From: Isosphaera pallida ATCC 43644
GTDB taxonomy: Bacteria > Planctomycetota > Planctomycetia > Isosphaerales > Isosphaeraceae
Reading direction: 5' to 3'
DNA length: 64,000 nucleotides
Assembly (NCBI RefSeq): GCF_000186345.1
Contig: NC_014962.1
Coordinates: forward strand, 2,568,450-2,632,449
Every line of letters begins with the position of its first letter. Position 1 is the first letter of the stretch. Of this stretch, positions 9,757-19,346 are shown piece after piece. The translations under genes and the position numbers were made by a program. The notes beneath the pieces were generated by a model, which had not been told where the DNA came from, ran no database searches, and was given only the letters and a program-made list of their open reading frames with translations.

Positions 9757-11115
9757 TCATTCGGAGCGGTCGGAGCGGTCGGGATGCCACCAGGCGAAGC
9801 GGGCGAATCGTCCATCGGTTTTCCAAGCGGGGAGGGGATCGCCCTTCCACAGCGGCAGGACCGCTTGGGTCAAAGGGCGCTCGATGGGGTGGGGAATGCG
9901 TCCGCCCACCGCTTGAAAAAGAACCATTTGGGCAAAACCCACCACAGCCAGAAGCCATGCGACCGCCTGAACCACACGACCGCCTCCCGCCCAGCAGGCC
10001 GCGGCCAACGCCACCAAAAATGGCAACGCGGGGGTGAGCAAGCGCGGCCCGGTGGACCACCCTCCGGTCCATTCCGGATAGGCGACGTTCACGAAATAGA
10101 CCGCCAGCACAATGGCCGCGGCGGTGCCGGCTTCGAGCCAGCGTTTACGGCCCAAGCCGAGCAACAGCAGGCCGGGTGGTGCGAGGATGACAATCGGAGC
10201 GAACCAGATCAAACCGCGGCGTGATCCCACCACCAGTTCACGGGCTACCACTGGGTCCAGGCCGGCAAGACCCAGCGGATTGACTGGGTTGTGGACCGCC
10301 GCAAACTGCGGGGTGGCATGGTGGAAATAACCGGCCTCCAGCGGCGAGCCAAAGCAAATCACGTTGTACCAGGCAAGGATCGCCGTTGGGATCGCCGCTC
10401 CTACGACGAACAAAGCCCATCGTCCGCCCCGCAACCGCCTCAGAGCCAATAAACCCAGAATCGCCGAGATCGGCGCGGCTTGGAGTTCCACGACCGAAGC
10501 CCACGCCGCCGCCAGCCCCGCCACCACCGCGCCGGCTCGTTCCACCCGAGAAGCCGTCAGGATCATCCAGCCAAGGAAACCGCACCAGGCGGTCACCTGA
10601 TGACCATAAGCCAGCGAACCATACACCCAGGCCGGCGTCGCCAAGCCATAAGCGAACCCTGCCAGCAACGCCGCGCGACCCGAACCACCCAGGCGTCGGA
10701 CATACGCCGCGACGAGCGCCGCGGTCCAGGCCGTCGCCCCACCCGAGACGCCCCAGGTGGTCCAATAGTCGGTTGGCCAGTACGCGAGACCCTCGACATT
10801 GAGCGGGTGGTCGGGGAAGTTGCCTAAACGTTTGACCACCCAGGCCCAAGGCACCGCGAGCAACGACCAACCGGGAAACTTGTCCGAATAGGAGTGGCCT
10901 TTGAACCAGGCCCGGTCGCCGGTTTGGTTCTCCAAGCCGTCGATTCGGACGGTGCCACGATCAACCAGCGCGTAGGTGAGCATGAGTCGGCTGGCAGTGT
11001 TCCAATCGCGTGAGTGCCACCAGACTCCGCAGGCCAAGAACACGACCACAAAGACCACGATCTCGGGCCAACGGCGGGAGTGGAACAGGGGCGGGTCCGA
11101 AGTCGGAGTGTTCAT
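9757..11115 (-). CDS. GT-C fold membrane glycosyltransferase (GT39/GT83, ArnT/PMT-like)
   Basis: Internal ATG of ORF 9757..11439 (MNTPTSDPPLF...). Multi-TM protein. First-loop motif YALVDRGTVRIDGLENQTGDRAWFKGHSYSDKFPGWSLLAVP resembles the DE...KPP loop of polyprenyl-phosphate-sugar transferases. The start overlaps the upstream gene's stop by 4 nt. Confidence 0.6.
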   Translation of the reverse strand: MNTPTSDPPLFHSRRWPEIVVFVVVFLACGVWWHSRDWNTASRLMLTYALVDRGTVRIDGLENQTGDRAWFKGHSYSDKFPGWSLLAVPWAWVVKRLGNFPDHPLNVEGLAYWPTDYWTTWGVSGGATAWTAALVAAYVRRLGGSGRAALLAGFAYGLATPAWVYGSLAYGHQVTAWCGFLGWMILTASRVERAGAVVAGLAAAWASVVELQAAPISAILGLLALRRLRGGRWALFVVGAAIPTAILAWYNVICFGSPLEAGYFHHATPQFAAVHNPVNPLGLAGLDPVVARELVVGSRRGLIWFAPIVILAPPGLLLLGLGRKRWLEAGTAAAIVLAVYFVNVAYPEWTGGWSTGPRLLTPALPFLVALAAACWAGGGRVVQAVAWLLAVVGFAQMVLFQAVGGRIPHPIERPLTQAVLPLWKGDPLPAWKTDGRFARFAWWHPDRSDRSE

Positions 11116-12602
11116 GTCGAGGGAGGGGCTTGGAAGCGGGGGGGAGGGGGGAACCGTCGTCGAAGAAGAGTGGTTGGAAACGAACCCAAACGGGTGAGTC
11201 CCACTGCGCCAAGGACCGCCGCGCCAGGTTGCAGCGCCAGATAATAACGGTCCCAAGCCAGTGGGATGAATCCCAAGACGATTGTCCAAGAGATCGCCAC
11301 CCAAACCAGAACTGCCCAGGCGTCCGGTGGCGTGCCGTTGTGGAGTTGGTCTTTTCCGCGACGCCCCAGAACAACTCCCCCAGCCAAACAAAGCGGCAAC
11401 CAGATCGCCGCGCCCCAATCCAAACGTGGACTCAACCATTCAAGCGAGTGTTCGTTTAGCGGCGGCGGACCCAGCGGCCCAAACCGGCCGAAGCCCTGAA
11501 CCGCCACCGAGACCGCCTTGGCCGTCAAACTGTTTAGGGCGTGGTGGGGAAACTGCTCGGCTGAGGCGCGGGTCAGTTCCCAACGATGCTCTAGGATCAG
11601 TTGGATTCGCGCCGGGATGGAATCGTCCACTCGACTGAGGAACCGCATTGGGTAACCCGGCGGGGGCCAAGGTTCCAAGTCGGGCCGCGCCGTCACGAAC
11701 GGGTTGATTGCCACAAACACCCCAAACGCGGTTGCAGAGGCGGCCAACGCCCCTAGGGTCAACCGGATCGCTAGGGTGAGCCGCCGGGTGACGATCAGAC
11801 CCAGGGGGATCAGCACGAAGGCGGGGAACAGCGTGGCTCCGGCGTTGAGCTTGGAACCGGTGGCCAATCCGGCGAAGAAGCCGATCGCAAGCCAGGTTCC
11901 TATCCCAACCCAAGGTCGATTCGGTCGGGAGCCGCGGACCGTCTCGGCGTGGGACTGCAACACCTGAGCTAGACGCACGTGCCAGGCGCTGAGGGTCAGC
12001 GCCACCGCAACCAACCCCAGGGCTTCGGCGGGGGCGTCGCTCATAGCACGTCCTGCCGCTTGGCTGTACAGCGGGTTGAACGCCAGCAGCAACGCCGCGA
12101 GTAGCCCGGCGAGTGGTCCCCCTGCCAGGCGTCCCAAGGCGAAGACTGCGCCAATTCCCACCCCCGCGACCAACGCGACCGGAACACGGGCCACCGCGAG
12201 GGTCGCGTCATCCTCCCAGCGATACGAGATATTCGCATACCAGCGTTCAGAAACTGGTGGAGGCGGCGGAATTCGTCCCGAGACCTCGAGCGCCAGGCCA
12301 ACCAGATGCTTGGTCAACGGTGGCAAATCGACTCCGGCGTAGGTCAACCAAGTCGGGTCGTTCCAGAGGCCGGAGCGATAGAGGGTCCAGTAGCCTGACT
12401 GACTCACATAGGCCGATTCGTCGGCGAAATGAGCTGGCGGGTTGACGACCAGTGTGACGAGAAAGCCGACCGAGGCCAACGCGCCGACCGCCAGGGACGC
12501 CCCAAGTCCGCCGATCCGTTTGGGCCATCCCATCATCGCAATCGCGCCTTTCACCGGAAGCCGCCTGGATTCCGTGGTCAACTCCACCGCGACGGGCGTC
12601 AT
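11112..12602 (-). CDS. GT-C fold membrane glycosyltransferase (GT39/GT83-like), upstream paralog
   Basis: 496-aa multi-TM ORF. Loop motif ADESAYVSQSGYWTLYRSGLWNDPTWLTYAGVDLPPLTKH is a DE...PPL type. Translationally coupled to 9757..11115. Confidence 0.65.
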   Translation of the reverse strand: MTPVAVELTTESRRLPVKGAIAMMGWPKRIGGLGASLAVGALASVGFLVTLVVNPPAHFADESAYVSQSGYWTLYRSGLWNDPTWLTYAGVDLPPLTKHLVGLALEVSGRIPPPPPVSERWYANISYRWEDDATLAVARVPVALVAGVGIGAVFALGRLAGGPLAGLLAALLLAFNPLYSQAAGRAMSDAPAEALGLVAVALTLSAWHVRLAQVLQSHAETVRGSRPNRPWVGIGTWLAIGFFAGLATGSKLNAGATLFPAFVLIPLGLIVTRRLTLAIRLTLGALAASATAFGVFVAINPFVTARPDLEPWPPPGYPMRFLSRVDDSIPARIQLILEHRWELTRASAEQFPHHALNSLTAKAVSVAVQGFGRFGPLGPPPLNEHSLEWLSPRLDWGAAIWLPLCLAGGVVLGRRGKDQLHNGTPPDAWAVLVWVAISWTIVLGFIPLAWDRYYLALQPGAAVLGAVGLTRLGSFPTTLLRRRFPPPPRFQAPPST

Positions 12603-12733
12603 CGACCCCCCAACCCGACGCGGCGATCTTACGAACCGACCATCTTGGTTTGCAAGAGACCGAATCGTCCTTCATCTTTGGGGTGACCGCGGATGTCGGG
12701 TGGACCGTCGCGCGGGCAATGGAGGCCGAGTTC

Positions 12734-14389
12734 ATGCGAGGCATGATCATGTCACGGTTGGAATCGAGATGGAGAGGCTGGGCGGTGGTCGCTCTGGCGG
12801 TCGGTTTGATCGTCACCTCCGGCTGTCGTCATCACTGCCGCAAGTGCGGAAAGCATTCGGTCATCTATGGCGCACCTGCGGGGGTGATCGTCGAGCCGGG
12901 TCTTTCCCCCAGTGCGATCGGGATCGAGCCTCACGGCGCGGTGTTCCCCGGACCCGGTGTAGTTGAAGCTGTTCCTGGCTTCCTCGGAACCGTCCCCCCC
13001 CCTCTGGAGGGGGGGGCGGTGGTGGCTCCTCCTGCCGACGGCCCGCCACGGCTCGTCAACCCTCCTCCTGGTCCCCCCCGCAACTCCGAACGGTCGCGGG
13101 TGCTCTCCAACGAATCCAATGACTCGACCCCGGCTCCAAATGATCTCAACAAACCCCAAGAACCGCCTGTTGAATTGAAGCCTCTTCCCGATCCCCCTCC
13201 TCCTTTGGGACGCACCCAGGATTCGTTTCGACCGGTCCCTACCAGTTGGCGCTCCTCTGGGCCACCGGGTCGCTCGCTCGACCCGTTGGCTGAGTATCCT
13301 TTTCAACGGCCCGCCTTCGCGGGCCGTTTCTCGTTGGCGACCTCTGAACCCAAGTTGAACCCCGTGACGCTGGGGATACCCGTTGTCGCCTCAGGTCGAA
13401 CGATCGAAGGCCCAACGTCCCAGCCGGGTTGGTTCATTCAACCAGTGTCGGTGGTCTTGCGTGGTCCTCGGATTCTGTTGGAACAACCGCCACAGGGGGC
13501 GCTGGAGGGAAACGACTTCGCGGAGTTGACATCTGATGGTCCACCGGCCACTCGTCGGTTCGTGGTGTTGGAACCAGGATTGGCGGGCGGTTCGACTCCC
13601 GGACCCGAGGCGTTTCCTTGGCTGGCTCGTTGTGGTTACCGAACCGTTGTCAATCTCGACCCGCCCACCCTCGATCACCTCGACTTGATCGAACGTTCGG
13701 CGGCGGTGGGGTTGCGGTACGTCGCCCTGCCGATCCGGCTCGAACCGCTGCGGATTGAGGCCCTGCGACGATTCCAACGCGAACTCTCTCTCGAAAACGC
13801 CGGCCCAGTCTTGATCTTCGACTCCGACGGCGCGCGGGTGGGGGCGTTATGGTACTGGCATCGTCGCGCGGGGCGGTTGGTCTCCCTCGATCAGGCTCGA
13901 TCCGAAGCGATCGCGCTTGGGTTGCGGGACTCGGCGATGATCGCGGCGATCGATGCGATGGTTGAGCGTCCCGAGTTTCAATCTGGCGCGTCAAGCGTCG
14001 GTGACGATCCATTGATTCAGGCCGCTAACAGGGACGAGTCGTCGCAGAACTCGGTTGATTTGAACGGCCCCGCCACCCTTACGGTGATTCCCAGCCGAAC
14101 GGAACGCCCCGCCAGTCTGGGAGCGGATTATTGGGCCTGGGTAGGATTGGCAGTGTGCCTGGTCACGCTGCCGTTGGTGTACCTGACGCTCTCCTGGATC
14201 ACCCGAATCCGATTGGCGATCCGTTCTCGTCTGCGTTTGCGTCGGGCGGCGCATCGGGAAACCGCGGCGCGGTCCTCGGGCAAAGTGGCGCGGCGTGGTC
14301 CGATGTCCTCCTCGCTTTGGTCCGCGACGCGGCTTCGTCGTCGGGAAACGGCCACCCCGCCGGCCAATCGCTCGGTTTCGGAGCGCTGA
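12734..14389 (+). CDS. Lipoprotein with a Pro-rich linker and a C-terminal tyrosine/dual-specificity phosphatase-like domain (CX5R replaced by DX5R)
   Basis: ATG at 12734 with GGAGG 8 nt upstream. Lipobox LIVTSGC. The C-terminal region RYVALPIRL...VLIFDSDGARVGALWYWHRR resembles a PTP/DSP P-loop with Asp in place of the catalytic Cys. The R-rich C-terminal tail overlaps rluA convergently. Confidence 0.5.
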   Translation: MRGMIMSRLESRWRGWAVVALAVGLIVTSGCRHHCRKCGKHSVIYGAPAGVIVEPGLSPSAIGIEPHGAVFPGPGVVEAVPGFLGTVPPPLEGGAVVAPPADGPPRLVNPPPGPPRNSERSRVLSNESNDSTPAPNDLNKPQEPPVELKPLPDPPPPLGRTQDSFRPVPTSWRSSGPPGRSLDPLAEYPFQRPAFAGRFSLATSEPKLNPVTLGIPVVASGRTIEGPTSQPGWFIQPVSVVLRGPRILLEQPPQGALEGNDFAELTSDGPPATRRFVVLEPGLAGGSTPGPEAFPWLARCGYRTVVNLDPPTLDHLDLIERSAAVGLRYVALPIRLEPLRIEALRRFQRELSLENAGPVLIFDSDGARVGALWYWHRRAGRLVSLDQARSEAIALGLRDSAMIAAIDAMVERPEFQSGASSVGDDPLIQAANRDESSQNSVDLNGPATLTVIPSRTERPASLGADYWAWVGLAVCLVTLPLVYLTLSWITRIRLAIRSRLRLRRAAHRETAARSSGKVARRGPMSSSLWSATRLRRRETATPPANRSVSER

Positions 14390-15056
14390 GCCTCATCCGC
14401 TCGCGGCGGGTGGGATGCTCAAACTCGACCTGCCAGGAGTGCAAGGCAATTCGTCCGTACCCATCGGCAGCCCTCAACGCACGCGAAGCCCCATACTTGA
14501 CATCTCCGGCGATCGGCCAGCCCCGCGACGCCGTTTGCGCTCGAAGTTGATGGAACCGTCCCGTAACTGGCTCCAGAAGAATCAAAAGATAACGCTGCCA
14601 ACGTTCTAACACCATGTAACTTGATATGGCTTGACGTGTCCCGGATTCGGCGTGACCCCGAGATTCCCCGAGAACGCTAGACCGATTCGAGTCCGAAAGT
14701 TTGAGAAGATAATCCTCCAGGATCCCGCTCTCCTCGAAGCGGAACGAGGCGTTGGGAGAGGATTCCAGCACCGCGACATAGCGCTTGCGGATCGTGCCAG
14801 CGCGGAACTGTTGAGCGAGCCGTGCCGCGGCTTTGCCGGTGCGCGCTAAGATCACGAGACCAGAAACCGGACGATCGAGCCGATGGGTCAGACCGACGAA
14901 GACCCCTCCCGGCTTGTTGTATCGGCGCTTCAGGTCGTCCCGTGCCCAGGTGGTCAGGTCAGGATCACCGGTGCGGTCGCCCTGGGAGAGCAAACCGGCC
15001 GGTTTGGAGACGACAAGCAGATGGTTGTCTTCGTAAAGGCGGAGCGGTTCGATCAC
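14199..15056 (-). CDS. rluA: RluA-family 23S rRNA/tRNA pseudouridine synthase
   Basis: HRLDRPVSGLVILART catalytic motif. N-terminus MIEPLRLYEDNHLLVVSKPAGLL. Its start overlaps the truD stop by 4 nt. Confidence 0.8.
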   Translation of the reverse strand: MIEPLRLYEDNHLLVVSKPAGLLSQGDRTGDPDLTTWARDDLKRRYNKPGGVFVGLTHRLDRPVSGLVILARTGKAAARLAQQFRAGTIRKRYVAVLESSPNASFRFEESGILEDYLLKLSDSNRSSVLGESRGHAESGTRQAISSYMVLERWQRYLLILLEPVTGRFHQLRAQTASRGWPIAGDVKYGASRALRAADGYGRIALHSWQVEFEHPTRRERMRLSAPKPSDWPAGWPFPDDEAASRTKARRTSDHAAPLCPRTAPRFPDAPPDANADENGSPIGFG

Positions 15057-16564
15057 GGGGTGAAGCGGTCGTCGGCCAAAGGGTTGAATCCGGGGCGTTT
15101 GCGACGGGGTTGGGGACGTCGGCGGCGCGGTTGGGGGAGGGATGGCGGTGACAGCTCGTCGTGATCCCCGCCCCGCGTTTCGCTTGGTTGGGACGGCGGG
15201 CCCAAGGTAAAGCTGCGGCCGCGTTCGAGCGATTCGACGAAGGCGGTGATTCGTTTAACCAGGATCGTGGCGTAAGATCCCCGCGGCAGATCGAATTGGA
15301 GGATCAGTTTGGAACGTCGCGGATAAAGCTCGTCGGGCTGACTCTCGAAACGAACCCGCTCAGGACGGATGAGGGCAGGGCGGTCCCCTTTGGACAGGAA
15401 CAAATCCTTGAGGTGCCGCACCCGCAGATCGTCCCAGGTTAGGCCGAAAGGGTCCAGAGCCCGGGCGAAGTGGCCGGCCCATTCGCCCACCGGTTTAGGG
15501 TTGCGAGCGCTGGGGAGGGGAACGCGAAGGTGGTTCAGCGTCTCGGCGTGGAATGGGTCAAGGTGGTGGGGGATTGGCAGCGGGCCGAGTTTAAACGGAA
15601 TTTCCAAACGCCGCGTCTCTGGCAGGTGGTGACGGATCCAGCTTGCCAACGCGAGGTTCCAAATATGACTTTGAAACGCCGAGAAGGCGATCGAGCGATC
15701 ATCATACCGGAGACGGGCGAAAGCGCCCCGGAAATCCTCCGGGTGATCGACCAGGTAGGTGACCAAGCTGCGGGCGTGACCGCGTGGGAGGGCTGCCTTG
15801 GCAGCAAGCCAGTCACCCCAATGAGCGCGAAGGAGTTCTTTCTCATGGCGCGCGTGGGGACGATCAAGCGGGTTGGCCTGGGCGATCGCCAGCCACAAGG
15901 CGCGGGCGTGATCCCCCTTGAGCCATGAGGCGGCCTGAAATTCGCCTGTGAATCCGACCGAGCCAAACCGCTGGTCGTCGAAATAGTTGGGCAGGCCGTC
16001 GCGCTCCAGCGACTCCAGGCCGCGCTTCGCTCGCTCAAGAGCGTCGCGATCAAGGTCGCGCAAAACCAGACTAAAACGATTACCCGCGAAGTCGCGGGGA
16101 CCGTAGGGACGACTCATGGTCCCTACCGGCACCAATTCGAGCCGGGATTGCCGCAGCCGCCGCCACGGCCCCCGCCGAATGGTGAGGTACTGAATGGTTC
16201 GGGCGTGCCGATCCTTCAGACCGCCTACCGAGAGGCTTGCCCTCGGCAGGTTCCAGCGCCGCCGAATCGCTTCCAGAGCTTCGGGGGTGCCCAAACCGAT
16301 CTTAGTGAGTCGGTAAAGCACAAACTCGCCGCGAGCGATAGGCTGGTCAGAAGAAGTCTGACCAAGGCTGGATTCCGAACCGCTTGAAACACCCTGGGCC
16401 TGGGAATCATCACAATCGAGATCACTCGTTGGCAGGGCGCGCGGATCGGTCAAGGGAATCAAGAGGCGTTCTTCGACGAGGAAATCCTCGGGGAGACGCT
16501 TGAGCTTCACGAACCGCCACCACCACTGCCGCCGCCACCGCCACCAATGCCCACCTGACTCCAC
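15053..16564 (-). CDS. truD: tRNA pseudouridine(13) synthase TruD
   Basis: KLKRLPEDFLVEE, GLKDRHARTIQ and YFDDQRFG motifs. A GTG at 16510 is an alternative start that would overlap the flp stop by only 4 nt. Confidence 0.8.
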   Translation of the reverse strand: MESGGHWWRWRRQWWWRFVKLKRLPEDFLVEERLLIPLTDPRALPTSDLDCDDSQAQGVSSGSESSLGQTSSDQPIARGEFVLYRLTKIGLGTPEALEAIRRRWNLPRASLSVGGLKDRHARTIQYLTIRRGPWRRLRQSRLELVPVGTMSRPYGPRDFAGNRFSLVLRDLDRDALERAKRGLESLERDGLPNYFDDQRFGSVGFTGEFQAASWLKGDHARALWLAIAQANPLDRPHARHEKELLRAHWGDWLAAKAALPRGHARSLVTYLVDHPEDFRGAFARLRYDDRSIAFSAFQSHIWNLALASWIRHHLPETRRLEIPFKLGPLPIPHHLDPFHAETLNHLRVPLPSARNPKPVGEWAGHFARALDPFGLTWDDLRVRHLKDLFLSKGDRPALIRPERVRFESQPDELYPRRSKLILQFDLPRGSYATILVKRITAFVESLERGRSFTLGPPSQPSETRGGDHDELSPPSLPQPRRRRPQPRRKRPGFNPLADDRFTP

Positions 16565-16740
16565 ACGCCGTCGTCGAGCGTCTGCACGTTGTCGCCCCAG
16601 ACGCCGTTGTTGCTACCGCCGAAGGTTTGAATGGAACCAATCACGGCCAGTAGGATGAGAAGAAGCATCACGGCGTATTCAATGGAGGTGGCTGCCTCCT
16701 CTTGGTGGTGGAGCCTCCGAAACTGGTCTTGGAGTCTCAT
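16507..16740 (-). CDS. flp: Flp-family type IVb pilin with a Gly-rich C-terminal tail
   Basis: Internal ATG at 16740 with GAGGAGG about 9 nt upstream. MRLQDQFRRLHHQEEAATSIEYAVMLLLILLAVIGSIQTF matches the Flp signature (EEGATAIEYALI...). The C-terminus is GIGGGGGGSGGGGS. Confidence 0.6.
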   Translation of the reverse strand: MRLQDQFRRLHHQEEAATSIEYAVMLLLILLAVIGSIQTFGGSNNGVWGDNVQTLDDGVWSQVGIGGGGGGSGGGGS

Positions 16741-16916
16741 ATAAATAAACCTCCTCGCGTTGAAGGACCGAGGAATCGCCATCCAAAACGAGACTACCCG
16801 CCAGCGTCGGGAACCGGCATTGTCTCCAAGTTTAATTATGGTATCGGTCGCCTCTCCTGTCAACGGTGTTGAAACGATCTTTTTTTGCGGATCTCGGGCG
16901 TTTGTTTGGTTTTAAG

Positions 16917-16963
16917 GGCAACGACCGTTAAAGGCAACGACCGTTGGCGGCTAAGGTCGTTGG
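16917..16963. promoter_or_regulatory. Three copies of a CAACGACC motif (two direct, one inverted), 180-225 nt upstream of flp
   Basis: ggcaacgaccgtt at 16917-16929 and 16933-16945. An inverted copy aaggtcgttgg at 16953-16963. Confidence 0.3.
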
Positions 16964-17616
16964 AATCCAGATTGGCTGAATGAGCAAGGTTTTGTGTGGA
17001 GAGAATTGGCATCCCGGCAATGGGACGCGGAAACGTCGGTGGAAGACGGACGCGACGGCCACCACCATGATCGAGACGCGCTTGGCGTGAACAGTAAAGC
17101 GAAGCAAAGCCTTATGCGTCGTCTTGAGGCGGTTTGAGCCTCTTGGACAGACGATGCGATCTCATCCTCACGATCGGTCGAATCAAGCGCGTGTCGAAAT
17201 GCAACGATCAACGGTGATCGGTCGCTGCCGGTACCCTCTTGATCTCACGCCGTGTGATGGTCAATCATAGGGTGGCGTTTGAGGCCGCGCGCCGGAATGT
17301 TCCGGCAGCCAAGCGTCGGCGCTTTGATTTCATTCATGCTCCACGGATCGACTCTGATCGATTCGATCCCTCGAAGCGCCGGAGGGTAGGTGGCGGCGGA
17401 CGTCAAGTGGCTCGCTTGAATCCAAGCCGGCGGAGCGATCGAAAGGGCACCCGTTCGCATTTCCGGCTTGCTAAGCGGGATCATCCCGCCTTGGCGCGGG
17501 GTGATCGCTTGGGAGTCCGGGGTGATCCGCGGTGGAGGTCCCAAGGTCATCCCATGATTCGAGGGAGGAAACGGGATGGGACCGTTCATGCTCGTCCCGA
17601 CGTGTGCCTATCTTCA

Positions 17617-18372
17617 ATGGACGATTTCTTTCTAAGAAAGCCCCCCGCGATGGATGAATCTCCCCGTCTTCGGCCTCTCAGCCGTGCTGAGGCGCGAAAT
17701 CTCGATTTGCGGGCTGTGCGTGAGCTCGGCCTGCCGACACTCGTGCTTATGGAAAACGCGGGTCGCAGCGCGGCTCGCTGGTTCCTTGAAGATTGGCTCT
17801 CCCAGGGCAAGGGAAACCTCACCGATCATAAGGTGCTGATTCTGTGCGGTCCCGGCAGCAACGGCGGCGATGGCGGCGTGATGGCCCGCTGGCTTGACTT
17901 GGCCGGTGTTCTCGTTCGGGTCGCCTGGGTCTCCGGCCCGGTTCCCCGTCTGCCGGCCGGCGACGCGGCCATTCAGCGGGACGCTCTGGCCAAAGCGGGA
18001 TTCGATCAGCAGGACTGGGTCCTGCCCGAGGACAACGCCAAGCTCGCCAAGTCCCTCTCCTGGTGTACCTGGGTTGTAGACGCCTTGCTCGGTACCGGCT
18101 TGACCCGACCCATCGACGGCGCGTTCCGCACCGCTGTGGAGATGATCAACGACTCCGGCAAACCGGTTTACGCCCTCGACCTGCCTTCCGGCTTGGACGC
18201 CGATACCGGTGAACCCCTAGGTGTGGCGCTGCGAGCCACCGCCACCGCCACCTTCGTCGCTCCCAAACTCGCTTGTCAATATAAAGAAGCCGAGGAGTAT
18301 CTCGGCGAAGTAGCCGTCCTTCCAATCGGACTTCCCTACGCTCTTCTCGAAGACTACATCGAAGAGGACTGA
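17617..18372 (+). CDS. NAD(P)H-hydrate epimerase (YjeF N-terminal domain)
   Basis: [23 protein letters not shown] and [10 protein letters not shown] motifs. ATG 17617 is taken as start. ATG 17650 is an alternative. The ORF track extends upstream to 17239. Confidence 0.75.
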
Positions 18373-18703
18373 TCGATCGGAAGTCACGCAATTTCCATCC
18401 TGGTCGTTCTCAACACGCTTAAATCAAAGGCTTGCATCACAGAACCGAATCAGACTCCTTATTCGTTTGATTCGGTTCGTCTCGCATCCATTCCAATCGT
18501 TGCGAACTCACCATTGAATCAATTTGATTAACAAACATTTGTCTCAATTACTTCAATCAACTCTGTGATGACTCGCTACAATACGATACGGTCGGGCGGC
18601 GAGGAAAGAATCTCGCGCGACCGACCGTACTGATTCTAAACCGATTCACCTATCAAGCTAAGATATGCTTGACGTTCGTTTAGTGACGGATTGACGTTGC
18701 CAA

Positions 18704-19216
18704 TCAATAACCCTGAGGGGCAGGGGGAACCGTCTTGCTCGGCATAGCTGGCATTCCGACCGGCATAGGCATCGCCTTGGCCGGAGCCGCAGGAGCAACG
18801 GCTTGCGGCATCGCCTTGGCCGGAGCCGCAGGAGCAACGGCTTGCGGCATCGCCTTGGCCGGAGCCGCAGGAGCAACGGCTTGCGGCATCGCCTTGGCCG
18901 GAGCCGCAGGAGCAACGGCTTGCGGCATCGCCTTGGCCGGAGCCGCAGGAGCAACGGCTTGCGGCATCGCCTTGGCCGGAGCCGCGGGAGCAACAGCTTG
19001 CGGCATCGCCTTGGCCGGAGCCGCGGGAGCAACAGCTTGCGGCATCGCCTTGGCCGGAGCCGCGGGAGCAACAGCTTGCGGCATCGCCTTGGCCGGAGCC
19101 GCAGGAGCAACAGCTTGCGGCATCGCCTTAGCCGGAGACTGCATTTCCTGAGCCGAGGCCGAAGCGGCGCTAATCACCAACGCTAAACCACCGGCCATCA
19201 TCATCCGCATCAGCAT
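18704..19216 (-). CDS. Small secreted protein with 9 perfect tandem 13-aa repeats (MPQAVAPAAPAKA)
   Basis: ATG at 19216 with AGGAG 7 nt upstream. Signal peptide MLMRMMMAGGLALVISAASASAQE. Nine identical 13-aa repeats, then MPMPVGMPAMPSKTVPPAPQGY. Confidence 0.6.
   Translation of the reverse strand: MLMRMMMAGGLALVISAASASAQEMQSPAKAMPQAVAPAAPAKAMPQAVAPAAPAKAMPQAVAPAAPAKAMPQAVAPAAPAKAMPQAVAPAAPAKAMPQAVAPAAPAKAMPQAVAPAAPAKAMPQAVAPAAPAKAMPQAVAPAAPAKAMPMPVGMPAMPSKTVPPAPQGY
18781..19131. repeat. 39-bp tandem repeat, about 9 copies, inside the CDS
   Basis: The unit ccggagccgcaggagcaacggcttgcggcatcgccttgg is repeated head-to-tail. Copies differ only at synonymous sites (gcagga/gcggga, acggct/acagct). 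Confidence 0.85.
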
Positions 19217-19346
19217 GGAGACGTCTCCTGTCAATTTGTCGAAGCAAAACGCCGGCGCTCGGTCAGAGGCGCAACTCGCATTGTTGATTCGCCTTAGATT
19301 CGCCCTCAAGGAATCAACCGTTTTGAGCCATCACGTCGCCGAGCCC

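Noticed and set aside
18735-19186. Alternative-frame ORFs across the 39-bp repeat, plus possible CRISPR array
   Set aside because: The repeats are perfectly tandem with no spacers, so this is not CRISPR. Only the minus frame has a signal peptide, an RBS and a sensible repeat peptide. The other ORFs (18735..19151 +, 18803..19186 +, 18658..19110 -) are frame shadows.
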